Shown here: positions 40,862 through 52,037 of the stretch, one piece after another
How positions within the stretch are numbered: position 1 is the stretch's first letter
How the letters are laid out: every line of letters starts with the position of its first letter
Source: a virus
IMG/VR virus record: IMGVR_UViG_3300036780_000209
Span: 1-64,000 of that record
Length of the DNA: 64,000 nt
Reading direction: 5' to 3' (one strand)
The notes under the pieces: generated by a model
Seen by the model: the letters and a program-made list of their open reading frames with translations, nothing else
Told to the model about the DNA's origin: nothing
The model's database searches: none
Position numbers and translations under genes: made by a program

Positions 40862-41581
40862 AAGGAACTGACGTGCAGCTCACCTGGCGCAGGGACCCGG
40901 AGGAAGAGGGCGGCTGGCAGAGCGCCCAGGAGGACGGGAACGGCCCGCTCTTCACCATCCGCAAGGGGCGCGCTCCCAGCGGCTACTACGACGCCTGGCG
41001 GCTGTACGGCCCGCAGCGCGGCAAGCCCGTCGCCCGGCCCGGCACGCTGACCGAGGCCAAGAAGATCGCCCAGGGCCACGTCCTGCAGGAAGGAAGCTGA
41101 CATGAGCACCGCCTACGTCCGGCCCGGCTCGACCCGGGAGGACCGCCGGCTCCGCGTGGAGCTGAGCCGCCGGGCCGGCCGCCACGGCAAGAGCCCCCAG
41201 CAGGTACGCGGCAGCGAGCGCCGCAAGGCGATCCGGGAATCGGGAGAGGGCAAGTAAGCGAATCGCTTGCTTGGTTGCAAGGAACCTTGTATTATCGAGG
41301 CAAGGAGGAGGGATCATGGAGAAGCGAAGCATCACGGAGTTCCATTTCGAGCCCGCAGGCACCAGCACGAACACGAACGGGCCGGTCATGCATTTCCGGC
41401 TCGTGAGCATCACCACCCACGAGGCCCGGCGCAGCGAGCGGGAGGAGTGGCGGCAGGACAGCAGTCATCCCCAGTCCCGCCAGCGCGTCGTCCTCGCCGA
41501 GCTGCTGACCAGGGGGGCCGTGAAGGACCTCATCGCCGACGGCGCGGACTGGCTGGCCTACATCGAGACGGGAACCTGAGC

Positions 41582-42439
41582 ATGGCGCGCATCACCCGGG
41601 TCAGGGCAGCCCAGCAGCGTTACGAGACCATCCCCGTCCTCGACACCGCGACCATGAAGCCGAAGCGCACCCAGGTCATGCGGAAGGACGGCACCCCGAA
41701 GCTGACCAAGGGCGGCCGGGAGATCTGGCGCACCGTCACCGTCGAGGACCGGGCCAGGCCGCTGCTGCCAGACGGCTGCGACCACTGCCGCAAGCCCATC
41801 GCGATCGGCACGCCCTACAAGCACATCACCCCCAGGAGCGGCCCGTACAGCGGCTACCGGCGCAGCCGGCACGCCTCGTGCCCGGACTGGCAGCCATGGG
41901 ACTACAGCAGCTCGCTGAATGCCCGCCTGGCCCAGGTCAGCCACGAGTTCAGCCAGTCCCTGGCCCAGTGCGAAACCGAGGACGACGTGCAGGGCGCGCT
42001 GGACGAGGCGGCCTGCTCGGTACGGGAGATCGCCGACGAGAAGCGCGAGTCAGCCGAGAACATGAAGGAGGGCTTCGGGCACGAGACCAGCCAGTCGGAT
42101 GAGCTGGAGGAAACCGCCGATCAGCTCGAATCCTGGGCCGGCGAGATCGAGTCGGCGGCCATCCCGGACTTCCCCGAGGCCGAGGAAGAGGAGTGCGAGG
42201 CCTGCTCCGGCACGGCCGAGACCGAGTGCGGCAACTGCGGCGGCACCGGGACGCTCCAGGGCGCTGACGAGGATGTGGAGCGGTCCTGCGACGCGTGCAA
42301 CGGCGACAGCACCATCCCGTGCGAGGACTGCGAGGGCAACGGCCACACGCAGGCCGACGAGCCCACCGCCGACCAGGTCGGGGAGTGGCGCGACGAGTGC
42401 GCCGACAGCCTGACCATCGTGGACGAGATCCCGGTCTGA
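41582..42439 (+). CDS. Zinc-finger protein with DnaJ-like CxxCxGxG repeats
   Basis: CEACSGTA, CGNCGGTG, CDACNGDS, CEDCEGNG. Confidence 0.7.
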   Translation: MARITRVRAAQQRYETIPVLDTATMKPKRTQVMRKDGTPKLTKGGREIWRTVTVEDRARPLLPDGCDHCRKPIAIGTPYKHITPRSGPYSGYRRSRHASCPDWQPWDYSSSLNARLAQVSHEFSQSLAQCETEDDVQGALDEAACSVREIADEKRESAENMKEGFGHETSQSDELEETADQLESWAGEIESAAIPDFPEAEEEECEACSGTAETECGNCGGTGTLQGADEDVERSCDACNGDSTIPCEDCEGNGHTQADEPTADQVGEWRDECADSLTIVDEIPV

Positions 42440-42513
42440 TTAGCCTGCTGAGTTGCAAGAAGCCACGGCGGCCCGTCGTGGTGCGAGTGCCATCCCTGCT
42501 CGAAGGAGATCAG

Positions 42514-42966
42514 ATGAAGCCGTACTACCGAGGCCCGTCCTACCCGGACGTGGCAGCCGCCGCCACCGAGTACATCCTGGGCCACGAGCACGGCCGGGAT
42601 GACCTCAACTCGATCAGGCTGGCCGTGGTGGCCGAGATGAAGCTGGACCGCTTCAACGTGCCCGAGCGGGTGTTCGCCCAGGTGTACCGGGCGCTCCAGG
42701 GGCTGGTGAGCGAGGGCCGCCTGATCAAGGTGACCGGCAGCGGCTACGGCAACGAGCCCACCTACTACACGCCCCTGGCGCACGACAGGATGCTGGCGGA
42801 CCGCGAGGCACAGCTCGCCGCAGAGCATGCCGCAGCGGAGCGCTGGGCGGCCGTGGCAGCCGGGCTGGAGGCCCGGGGGTATGAGGTCCTGGCCACCCGG
42901 GGGCACCCCGTCAGCGTCAGCCTGGAGGCCTGGGAGCGCCTGCTCAACGTTGACATCGTGCTATGA
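42514..42966 (+). CDS. Hypothetical protein, wHTH-like
   Basis: AAGGAG RBS; VYRALQGLVSEGRLIKV. Confidence 0.6.
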   Translation: MKPYYRGPSYPDVAAAATEYILGHEHGRDDLNSIRLAVVAEMKLDRFNVPERVFAQVYRALQGLVSEGRLIKVTGSGYGNEPTYYTPLAHDRMLADREAQLAAEHAAAERWAAVAAGLEARGYEVLATRGHPVSVSLEAWERLLNVDIVL

Positions 42967-43214
42967 GCCGGAACGGAATCCCCCCGGAGCTGCGGGGGCT
43001 GGCGAAACAGGCCGAGGCGCAGGACTGGGTGATCACGCGGCTGTCCAGCGGGCACTACCGCTGGACGCCGCCCCAGGGCGAGGCCCTGGTGATCGGCCAC
43101 GCTCACGCCACCTCCGACCCCAGGGCGAGCAAGAACGCCATCGCCGCCCTGCGGCAAGCCGGCCTGATCATGCCGGACAGGCGGACCGGGAGGATGCCGG
43201 CAGCCACGGCATGA
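42963..43214 (+). CDS. HicA-like (dsRBD-fold) toxin homologue
   Basis: AEAQDWVITRLSSGHYRWTPP...TSDPRASKNAIAALRQAG, typical of actinophage HicA-like proteins. Confidence 0.75.
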   Translation: MSRNGIPPELRGLAKQAEAQDWVITRLSSGHYRWTPPQGEALVIGHAHATSDPRASKNAIAALRQAGLIMPDRRTGRMPAATA

Positions 43215-43220
43215 GGAACG

Positions 43221-43252
43221 AGAAGGCCCGGGCTCATCACCCGGGCTTTTCT
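43221..43252 (+). terminator. Intrinsic terminator
   Basis: AGAAGGCCCGGG/CCCGGGCTTTTCT hairpin after the HicA-like gene. Confidence 0.75.
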
Positions 43253-43262
43253 CATGCCCAAG

Positions 43263-43297
43263 TTGACTAGATACAAGGATCTCTGTATTATGGATCC
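43263..43297 (+). promoter_or_regulatory. Leaderless promoter with palindrome
   Basis: TTGACT-17nt-TATTAT-6nt-ATG; TACAAGGATCTCTGTA at 43272-43287. Confidence 0.8.
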
Positions 43298-44675
43298 ATG
43301 CAGCAAAGAAGCACAGATACCCGGGGAATCAGGTGGACACGCAAGATGCCCGGTCTGTATTACGCAACATACCGAGGCCATGAGTACCGGATCGAGCGCA
43401 TGGTCAACCTCGCTTACCAGGTGCCCACATGGATGCTGACAGTAGACGGCGACCGCCCGAACGACTGCTTCACTACCTACGGCGAAGCCAAGCAAGCTGC
43501 CCAGGAGCTAGCAGAGGAGAGCCCAGTGAAGCGCTACGCGAAGATCCGCACCCTGCAGGTACGACGGCAAATGCCAGGGCAGACCGAGCTGGATGCTCTC
43601 TTCCAGGACCGGATCACCCTGGAGCGGTACCTGCCCCCGAACTACCGGACGGTCAACCGGATCGGTGACCACTGGTACATCGAGGGCGAGGACAACGCGG
43701 GATGGACCCTGGACGGCTACGTGCTCCCCCGGCTGGGCTCCGGGCTCATCTTCGGCGAAGAGGTCACCGGGGTGCCGGCATGAGGTTCCCCCTCGACCGC
43801 TCGGCGGCCTTCACCGCCCTGCTGGAGCTGTCCCCGGAGTTCCGGGTCATGGACTCCCGGGACGGCGAGAAGGCCGTCACGCGCTTCCTGGACGCCTTCT
43901 ACGAGGCCAGCCCGGAGGCCAGGAAGGACATGCTCGGGTATGCCCGTGCCTGGCTGGGCCAGGGCAGCCTGGAGGACAGGGGATGAGGTGGGAGCTGGAC
44001 GACGGCGGCCGGGCAATGGCCGGATACCGTGGCCTGGCCGGCGACTGCGCCACCCGGGCCGCCGCCATCGTGAGCGGCAGGCCCTACCAGGAAATCTATG
44101 ACCGCATCGTCGAGCTGGGGCAGCACGAGCGCCTCAGCTCGCGGCGCAAGGCCAGGTCCCATCCGAGGACCGGCGTCCACATGCCGGCCATGCGGCGGCT
44201 CATGGCCGAGCTGGGATTCGCCTGGGTGCCGCAGATGGGCATCGGCACCGGCTGCACCGTGCACCTGGCCGACGGCGAGGTGCCCTCCGACCGGCCCGTC
44301 GTGTGCCGCCTCAGCAAGCACTACGCCGCAGTGGTGGACGGCATCCTGCGGGACACCTGCGACTGCTCCCGGGACGGCACGCGCTGCGTGTACGGCTGGT
44401 GGGAGCCCGTTCCGAGGAAGGAAGACTGAATGTCCAGGAACACCACCCTCCACTACGCAGGGCATCATCTTGCCCTGGCCGAGGACATCATCCTCAAGGT
44501 AGCCCGCCAGCTTGCCGCCGAGGACAATCCCGCAGACCGGTTCCTGGGTCCTGCCCTCAATGCCTACGAGAGGCGCGAAAGCAGGATGCTCGCCATCGCC
44601 CATGCCCACATCGCCCTGGCCAGCGGCATCACGGCCGACCGGGCAGCGGCTGACAGGAGGGCCTCCCATGCCTAA
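43298..44675 (+). CDS. Coupled hypothetical genes (43298-43783, 43780-43986, 43983-44429, 44430-44675)
   Basis: ATGA overlaps; 43983-44429 has GDCATRA...KHYAAVVDG (Cys/His dyad-like). Confidence 0.6.
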
Positions 44676-45612
44676 GATCGCCTACATCGGCCAAAGGTTC
44701 AGGGAGTCATCCCTGAACCTCATTGACAAGGCCAACGTCATCTGCGCGGCCTACGCCCAGGCCGGGTACAACCTCACGCTCCGGCAGCTCTACTACCAGT
44801 TCGTCAGCCGGGCCTGGATCTCCAATTCGATGGAGAGCTACAAGCGCCTCGGCTCGATCGTCAACGACGCCCGGCTGGCCGGCCTCATCGACTGGAGCCA
44901 CCTGGAGGACCGCACCCGGAACCTGCAGCGGCTGCCCCAGTGGGATGACGTAGAGCACATCATGTATTCGATCAGCACGCAGTTCCGCACCAGGATGTGG
45001 GAGGCGCAGCCCGAGTACGTCGAGGTCTGGGTGGAGAAGGAAGCCCTGGCCGACGTGGTCTCGCGGCCTGCCGACCGCTGGCTCGTCCCCTATTTCCCGT
45101 GCCGGGGTTACGTGAGCCAGTCCGAGATGTGGTCCGCCGGCCAGCGCCTGCTCAAGCAGGAGAGGAACGGCAAGCCCACCGTCATCATCCACCTGGGTGA
45201 CCACGACCCCAGCGGGATCGACATGAGCCGGGACATCCGCGACCGGCTGCACCTGTTCGGCTCCGATGTCCATGTCATCCGCATTGCCCTCAACATGGAC
45301 CAGGTCGAGCAGTACAGCCCGCCGCCCAACCCGGCCAAGCTCACCGACTCCAGGGCAAATGAGTACGTGGAGAACTACGGCTATGAGTCCTGGGAGCTGG
45401 ACGCCCTGGACCCCGCCACCCTGGACGCCCTGATCGAGGGCTTCATCCTGGAGCACCTGGACCGCCCTCAGTGGGATGCCGACGAAGCGGGCATGCAGCT
45501 CGACCGGCAGCTCCTCACGGCCGCCTCGGAAAACTGGTCCGAGCTGGCCGAGTACATCCGCGACAACGGCTGGCTGCCTGCGGCCGGCGAAGAGGAGGAC
45601 AGCGAATCATGA
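44668..45612 (+). CDS. TOPRIM protein related to topoisomerase VI subunit A/Spo11
   Basis: LTLRQLYYQ, EVWVEKEAL and HLGDHDPSGIDM motifs. Confidence 0.85.
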   Translation: MPKIAYIGQRFRESSLNLIDKANVICAAYAQAGYNLTLRQLYYQFVSRAWISNSMESYKRLGSIVNDARLAGLIDWSHLEDRTRNLQRLPQWDDVEHIMYSISTQFRTRMWEAQPEYVEVWVEKEALADVVSRPADRWLVPYFPCRGYVSQSEMWSAGQRLLKQERNGKPTVIIHLGDHDPSGIDMSRDIRDRLHLFGSDVHVIRIALNMDQVEQYSPPPNPAKLTDSRANEYVENYGYESWELDALDPATLDALIEGFILEHLDRPQWDADEAGMQLDRQLLTAASENWSELAEYIRDNGWLPAAGEEEDSES

Positions 45613-46415
45613 GGAAGATCATCCTGGGGGTAACGGCACTGGCCGTCGCGGTAACTGCGCTGGCGACAGCAGCCCCCGCGCTGGCCGGAGGGAAGCCTCC
45701 CTCCCGGTCCTGGAGCACGTGCCAGCCTTACTTCCGCCGCACCATCAGCGGCCCCTGGGGTGCGTACATCGTGCGCGATGACGTGTTCACCATCCCCGGG
45801 CAGCCGAGCCCCACCGTCTGCATCAGCCACAAGAAGGGGCAGCCGACCTTCACCGTCACGAAGTCCACGGCCGACAGCAGCGGTCCCAGCGTGGCCTACC
45901 CCGAGGTCTTCTACGGCTGCGTGTACGGAGCCTGCTCACCGGGGAGCGTGCTGCCCATGGCGGTGAGCAAGCTCCCCCGCAGCTTCCGGTTCTCGGCCTA
46001 CGACCGGCTTACCGCAAAGTGGCGCAAGGGCAAGTTCGACACAGGATTCGACATCTGGTTCAGCACCAGCCGGAGCACCGGAGGGCAGGCCACCGGAGCC
46101 GAGATCATGATCTGGCTCACTGACCGGGGCGTGCGCTTCACTCCCGAGTGGACGGTCACCATCGACGGCATCAGGTGGCTGGCCGAGGAATGGAAGACAG
46201 TCCACCCGAACGGGCTGAGCTGGCCCCTGATCATCTTCCTGCGCCAGAAGCCCTCCGGCTACTGCCACCGCCTGCACCTCAGCCCGTTCGTCCGCTTCGG
46301 CGAGCAGCGCAAGTGGATCGCCAGGACAGACTGGCTGGAATCCGTCGAGCACGGTTACGAGATCTGGCAGGGCGGCAGCCATCTCGCCACCACTTTCTTC
46401 CGGGTCATTCCGTAA
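45609..46415 (+). CDS. Secreted glycoside hydrolase family 12 (endoglucanase-like)
   Basis: Sec signal peptide (MRKIILG...APALA); YPEVFYG, FDIWF, GAEIMIWL and GYEIW with both catalytic Glu. Confidence 0.85.
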   Translation: MRKIILGVTALAVAVTALATAAPALAGGKPPSRSWSTCQPYFRRTISGPWGAYIVRDDVFTIPGQPSPTVCISHKKGQPTFTVTKSTADSSGPSVAYPEVFYGCVYGACSPGSVLPMAVSKLPRSFRFSAYDRLTAKWRKGKFDTGFDIWFSTSRSTGGQATGAEIMIWLTDRGVRFTPEWTVTIDGIRWLAEEWKTVHPNGLSWPLIIFLRQKPSGYCHRLHLSPFVRFGEQRKWIARTDWLESVEHGYEIWQGGSHLATTFFRVIP

Positions 46416-46505
46416 GACATGATGTCCTAAAGCAGTAGTTCTTGCACATTGCAAGGTTCCTTGATAAGGTTCCCGAACGCAGTAAACGAACAAGGAGGAG
46501 GTGCA

Positions 46506-47837
46506 ATGACCAGTACAACCGAAACCCTCAGCCTTCCCCCGTGGAAGGGCGACAGGCTCCCGGAAACCGGGCAGTGCGTCTACGCCGGGGTGTCCGAGCT
46601 GATCACGGGAGGTGTCGATCACTTCTCTTACAAGGGAGTGCACGGCCGCCTGTGGAAGGGCAGCGTCAACTCCGTCGTCGAGCGCCTGTGGCCTGACATG
46701 AAGCGGCCGGAGGGGGCACGCGAGGACACGTCCGAGGTGGCCAAGGTACGGCGTGCCATCAACGCCTACCTGAAATCCGCCCTGGCGATGGTATGCATCC
46801 AGCAGAGCAGTCCCGAAAGCTCCTGGTGGGTACGCAGCGAGTGGACTCCCCGGGGCGGCGACGGCAGCCTCAGCAGCCTGCGCGGCGAGGCGCTCACGGA
46901 GAAGGCACGCCAGCTCGCCGCCACCTCCGAGCCCCAGAAGCTCATCCCCGGCCTGCGCCCTGCCACGATGGAGGACCTGGGCCTGGAGCCTATTGTCATC
47001 GAGCCCTCGGCTGCGGCCGTGAACCCGGCCGACCTCGACCTGCAGCAGGGATACGAGGACATCGATCCCCGGCTGGCGGCGTACTACCTGGAGCGGGACG
47101 CCTGCGTGCGCCCCATCGACCAGATCACCGTCAGCTCGATGGCGCGGGACATGGTGACCGGCCGCTGGCGGCTCACCCACCAGGGAATCGCCTTCGACCC
47201 CGAGGGCTGGCTGATCGACGGCCAGCACAGGCTGACGGCGATCGTCAAGGCCGAGAAGGTCATCCGCCTGTCTGTCACCAGGGGGCTCCCCCGGGATGTC
47301 TTCGAGATGCTGGACACCGGGCGGGCCAGGACCCTCACGGACACGTTCCGCGTCAATCACTCCCCCAATGCCGCCCGGGAGCTGGCTGCCGTCGCCCGGC
47401 GCGTCGCGCTGTGGAACATGGGCAAGCCCTACACCCGCTCGATCAGGCCGACCAAGAGCGAGATCATGGCAGTGCTCGACGCCGACCCGAGCATCATGTC
47501 AGCCGGGGACTTCGCCTTCACCTGGCGTTCCGGCCGGGTGCTCGCCGGCTCGCTGGCGGGCTTCTCCTGGTGGCTGTTCAACGGCGTCAGCCCTGATCAC
47601 TGCCAGGAGTTCCTCGGCCAGGTCGCCCTCGGCGTCAACCTGGGAGAGAGGGATCCCGCCTACATCCTGCGGGAGCGCCTGATCAAGCAGAAGGGCAAGG
47701 GCAAGGGCTACGTGCGCCCCGAGGTCACGGTCGCGCTGGTGATCCTGGCATGGAATCAGTACCGGAAGGGCAAGCAGAGCAGCCGTCTCGTCCTGCCCGA
47801 GACGCTGAACGACGCATCGTTCCCCCAGCCGATCTGA
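46506..47837 (+). CDS. ParB/DGQHR-domain protein
   Basis: HQGIAFD...LIDGQHRLTAI...LDTGRAR. Confidence 0.8.
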   Translation: MTSTTETLSLPPWKGDRLPETGQCVYAGVSELITGGVDHFSYKGVHGRLWKGSVNSVVERLWPDMKRPEGAREDTSEVAKVRRAINAYLKSALAMVCIQQSSPESSWWVRSEWTPRGGDGSLSSLRGEALTEKARQLAATSEPQKLIPGLRPATMEDLGLEPIVIEPSAAAVNPADLDLQQGYEDIDPRLAAYYLERDACVRPIDQITVSSMARDMVTGRWRLTHQGIAFDPEGWLIDGQHRLTAIVKAEKVIRLSVTRGLPRDVFEMLDTGRARTLTDTFRVNHSPNAARELAAVARRVALWNMGKPYTRSIRPTKSEIMAVLDADPSIMSAGDFAFTWRSGRVLAGSLAGFSWWLFNGVSPDHCQEFLGQVALGVNLGERDPAYILRERLIKQKGKGKGYVRPEVTVALVILAWNQYRKGKQSSRLVLPETLNDASFPQPI

Positions 47838-47843
47838 CGCAAA

Positions 47844-47886
47844 GCAAGAGCCCGGGCCAGGAAGAGAATCCTGCCCGGGCTCTTGC
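47844..47886. terminator. Hairpin/terminator overlapping the next -35 box
   Basis: GCAAGAGCCCGGG...CCCGGGCTCTTGC. Confidence 0.7.
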
Positions 47887-47917
47887 CTTACTACAAGAAA
47901 GCCTGTATTCTTTAGGC

Positions 47918-48814
47918 ATGACAGCAGCGATAGCCCCCGAAGCCCGCCGCCAGCTTGCCCTGGTGACCGACACCCGCCTGGCGGCCCTCTACGAGGCCAA
48001 GGCCCGCAATGCCGCCCGCCTGGCGGCCCTGGAGAACCGGATCCGCTTCCTGGCTGCCCAGCCGAGAGTCAAGGGCGAATGGGTCGGGTACTTCGCCGAG
48101 GCCGAGGCTGCCATCCGCGAGCTGTGCGACCACGAGGAGCTGACCTGGACGCCAGGGCACAAGGCCCTGACCGACCTGGACGCGGCCCGCGCCGAGCAGC
48201 GCGAGGTCCACCGCGAGATCGGCATCCTCGACATGCTCCACTCGGTGCACCGCTGGAACCGCTACTTCCTGGTGACCAGCTCGGACGGCCACGTGCACCG
48301 GGGCATGAACTGCGCCACCTGCTTCGCGACCACCGAGTACGGCTGGCTGCCCGAGCTGGCGGACTGCGACGAGGACGCCATGATCGCCGAGTTCGGCGAG
48401 AAGGCCTGCACCGTCTGCTTCCCCGACGCGCCGGCCAACCCGGCGTTCCACGCGCCCGGCAGCCGCGACCGCGAGGCCATCGAGGCCAGGGCAGCCGAGA
48501 AGGCCCAGCGCGAAGCGGCGAAGTTCGCCAAGAGGCTCCGCGAGGACGAGCAGTTCAGGGACCACCAGAACGACCGGGTGGAGACCGTGGCCCGCTGCAA
48601 GGAAATCCTGCGCAACGAGGTCGAGCTGCGCGACTACTACGGTCAGGGCGAGCACCCGTGGCACGAGGCGAGCATCACTGCCGCCGGGCAGGCGAAGATC
48701 GTCCTGCTGGCCCGCGAGGCTGCCGCTCCCGGCACCGGGGCCAGCCAGGAGGAGATCGACAAGATCATCGCGAACGCAGTGAAGGGCAACCGGAAGAACG
48801 GAGCGCGGATATGA
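47918..48814 (+). CDS. Hypothetical protein with H/C metal motif
   Basis: WNRYFLV...GHVH...CATC...CTVCFPDAP; TTGCCT-17nt-TATTCT-6nt-ATG. Confidence 0.75.
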   Translation: MTAAIAPEARRQLALVTDTRLAALYEAKARNAARLAALENRIRFLAAQPRVKGEWVGYFAEAEAAIRELCDHEELTWTPGHKALTDLDAARAEQREVHREIGILDMLHSVHRWNRYFLVTSSDGHVHRGMNCATCFATTEYGWLPELADCDEDAMIAEFGEKACTVCFPDAPANPAFHAPGSRDREAIEARAAEKAQREAAKFAKRLREDEQFRDHQNDRVETVARCKEILRNEVELRDYYGQGEHPWHEASITAAGQAKIVLLAREAAAPGTGASQEEIDKIIANAVKGNRKNGARI

Positions 48815-49036
48815 GCATGACGCGCCGCGAGAAGCGGAACCTGAAAGCGCTGGCCTTCTCCATCCTCGCCTTCTGGGGGTGGTCGTGGGGGCTGATGATC
48901 GAGGTGGGGGTCCTGCATTCGTGGTGGCCCCTCATCCCCGTCATGAGCGCCTCAGTCGCCGGCGCGGTGGTAATCGTAGCCTTCGTCGTGGCAGCCAGCT
49001 TGTGGCTGCTGAAACTCTTCCTGCTGGAGGACTGAG

Positions 49037-51261
49037 ATGAGCGAGCCCCGGGACCCTGCGGACCGGTACTACATCGAAGTGACCGCGACGCCTGAGTACA
49101 AGGCCAGGGACCTCGCCGAGATCAGCCTCGCCGCCGATGGCACCGAGCTGGACAGGCAGGTGGTCGTGAGCTTCACCCGGGGCACGCCCCCAGAGGCCGT
49201 CCCCGATGCCCTGACCGCCATCCGGCGGGCCTACGAGGCAGGCCGGCGGGACGAGAGAAGGGCGAAGGCCAGCAACGCCCCCAGTATCGTGAAATACCCT
49301 GAGATCTATCGCGAGAGCCTCCTGAGCCCGGCCGAGCTGCTGGGCCACGCCCTCAATTCCCTGCGCGGCCTGGACGTGCTCAGGCTCGTCTGGAGGGACT
49401 CCAGCCCCAGTCCCGCGATCGAGGAAATGGCCCTGCAGCACCTGCTGACCATCAGGGCGGCATTCCTGATCCTGATCGGCCAGGGCTGGATCAGGCCCCC
49501 GCAGGCTTGACAATAATACAAAGATCCCTGTATTCTAGTATCAACACCAAGCAACGACCACAGGAGGAACCGATGAGCGGACGGCGGCAGACCCTGGTAG
49601 CCGAGGCCCCCGACGGCACGCGGCTTGAGCTGGCCACGGCGGCAGGCTACAAGTACGCGGGCCTGCTCCGGAAGCGAAGCGGCGAGTGGTACATCGCGAT
49701 CAGGGGCTTCTCTCCCGACAGCGTGGTCAAGCGCACGAAGACGCAGTTCCACCACGAGGGCCACCGGGTCACCGACCGCATCGTCGTCTCCTTCAACGTC
49801 AAGCTCCCCGAGCGCACCGAGATCCCCGCCGTCGTGGCCTCGTACTTCGCGAGCGCAGACGAGCTGGCGATGGAAGTCGGACCGGCCGGCCGGGTGCAGT
49901 TCCCCCAGGTCACCAAGGTGCTCCTCTCCTGGGGCTGGCACACGCTGCCCGAGCCCTACTGGGCCACCCGGAAGATCGCCTCCTGGCTCAAGGGCCAGGG
50001 CATCGGGAACGTCGTCATCAGCGCCTACGGCCGCGACGCGGACTTCACCGTCGCCGAGCTGCGCCGGGGCGCGGACGCTCCCCTGCTCGGCGGCTCCCTG
50101 ATCGGATCGAGGACGCGGTGAGCAACCGCAATCCCCGGGAACTCCGGGAAATCCGATGGGATGACCCGCAGGACCTCTCGGAACTGCGCCGCCACCTCAG
50201 GGAGATGCACTCCCCCGCCACGGGGAAGGGCGTGCCCCGCCGGAATGCTGACGCCTCCTGGTGGCATGCCAGCCAGCACCAGCGCTACGGCACGAGCCAC
50301 CTGCACTCCGACAGCGAGCTGGTGCTCGTGACCGGGCGCACGAATCTCACCGTCGAGCGGTTCCTCGGCTGGTACACCGGCCAGGGAGCCGTCACCAGGC
50401 AGGAACTCAGCCGCCGGTTCAGCGAGAGGACCAGCCAGTGAGCGACAAGACCATCCGGCGCGGGTACCGCACTGCCCATGCGGCAGTGCGGTACCGGGGT
50501 GCCCAGCCTTCCCACGTGGTGGCCACGGACCGCTGGGACGACGCCATCCTGGGGCCGCAGGAGCAGATCGCGGGCCATGGCCTGTGTAATGTCCGGATAG
50601 CTCCCCGGGAGCGCATCGAGTGGCTGGACGTGCATCCCGGGGATGCCACCTGCAGGCGCTGCAGGCAGCTCTGGAAAGCGCAGGCCGGCCGGTCCGAGCG
50701 GCCCGACGATGACATGCTGGAGGTCACCGCCATCACGATGGTGGGGAACGCCCTCGCCAATTACGTCACCGCCGGCATCCTGAAGTACTGGATGCCGTCC
50801 GATCCCCCGGGCTCCTGGGTGGTCGGCGTGCTCAGGGGGACGGGCACCCTCACCGGCAACGGGCCGGAGCCCGTCCAGCACATCATCCACCTGGACAGCG
50901 TCCAGGAAGCCCGGGTCTTCATGGCCGGGATGAACGTGGTGACCCAGTGGGCCATCAGGGAGAGGAGGCCCCGGTGAGCAGCGACGTGCCACTCACGCCC
51001 GACCTGGCCGGGGACGGCGGCGACCTGAGCCCCGAGGCCCGGGTTTTCCTGCATTTCAGGGACCTGCACCAGGCCCCCGGCGGACTGCCCCTGCGAGTCT
51101 GGGAACTGGCCGACCAGTACGCCGGCTGCAAGATAAGCGAAGCCAGCGACGAGGAATTCACCGCCTTCATGAACGGAGACGACTGCGAACGCTACCTGAT
51201 GGCACTCCACCAGGCAGCGCATGACATCAGTGACCTGAATCACGACAGGAACATGATCTGA
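49037..51261 (+). CDS. Hypothetical genes (49037-49510, 49573-50121, 50118-50441, 50438-50977, 50974-51261)
   Basis: GTGA overlaps; TTGACA/TATTCT promoter at 49507-49536. Confidence 0.6.
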
Positions 51262-51272
51262 GAGGAAATGCA

Positions 51273-52037
51273 ATGCGCATAGGAACAAAGATCACCAGTC
51301 CCGGCGGCCTCATCGAGGCGTCGGTCATGGTGTCCGGGCAGGCCCAGCAGCTTTACCGGCACGAGGGCCAGGTCTGGGTCGCCGGGATGGCCGGCTACCG
51401 CTACTCGATCCTGGTGAAGAACCAGGCCCCCGGCCGCATCGAGATCGTCAGCTCCGTGGACGGGCGCAACACCCTCAGGGACGAGGCAGCCGGGCACGGC
51501 AGCACGGGCATGGTCGTCGGCAGTCACCAGTCCTGGGACTGCGACGGATTCCGCCGGAACGACGATGAGGTGAGCGCCTTCGTGTTCACCGACCCGGGCC
51601 GCGCCGTGGCCTCCCAGGCGGGAGCCCCGGAGAACGTCGGGGTGCTCGGCCTGGCAGCCTGGCGCGAGAAGAGCAAGCCAGTGCCCGTCTATGACTCCTA
51701 TGCGGTCAGCGGTTTCGAGGACTCCCCCGTGATCTACAAGGGCGGCGGCCTGCAGACCCGGCTGAGCGCCGGCGTGGCCATGGCAGGAGCAGGCGGCTTC
51801 GAGATGCGCTCGGCCTCCGCTGCCCCCGACCTCGGCACCGGGATCGGCGAGACGCTGAGCAGCAAGGTAGGGCGCACCAGCTTCACCCGCGACGGCTCGG
51901 CCGACACGATCACCATCCGCTACGCCAGCGAGGAGAGCCTGCGCGAGCAGGGCATCACCGGGGACCTGGAGGCCGACGGCCCGAGGGCATTCCCGGCCGA
52001 CGACACCGGCTACGGCAAGTACGACCGCGTCCGCTGA
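51273..52037 (+). CDS. Conserved hypothetical protein
   Basis: Long GC3-biased ORF; YSILVKN...SVDGRN...NVGVLG. Confidence 0.7.
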   Translation: MRIGTKITSPGGLIEASVMVSGQAQQLYRHEGQVWVAGMAGYRYSILVKNQAPGRIEIVSSVDGRNTLRDEAAGHGSTGMVVGSHQSWDCDGFRRNDDEVSAFVFTDPGRAVASQAGAPENVGVLGLAAWREKSKPVPVYDSYAVSGFEDSPVIYKGGGLQTRLSAGVAMAGAGGFEMRSASAAPDLGTGIGETLSSKVGRTSFTRDGSADTITIRYASEESLREQGITGDLEADGPRAFPADDTGYGKYDRVR

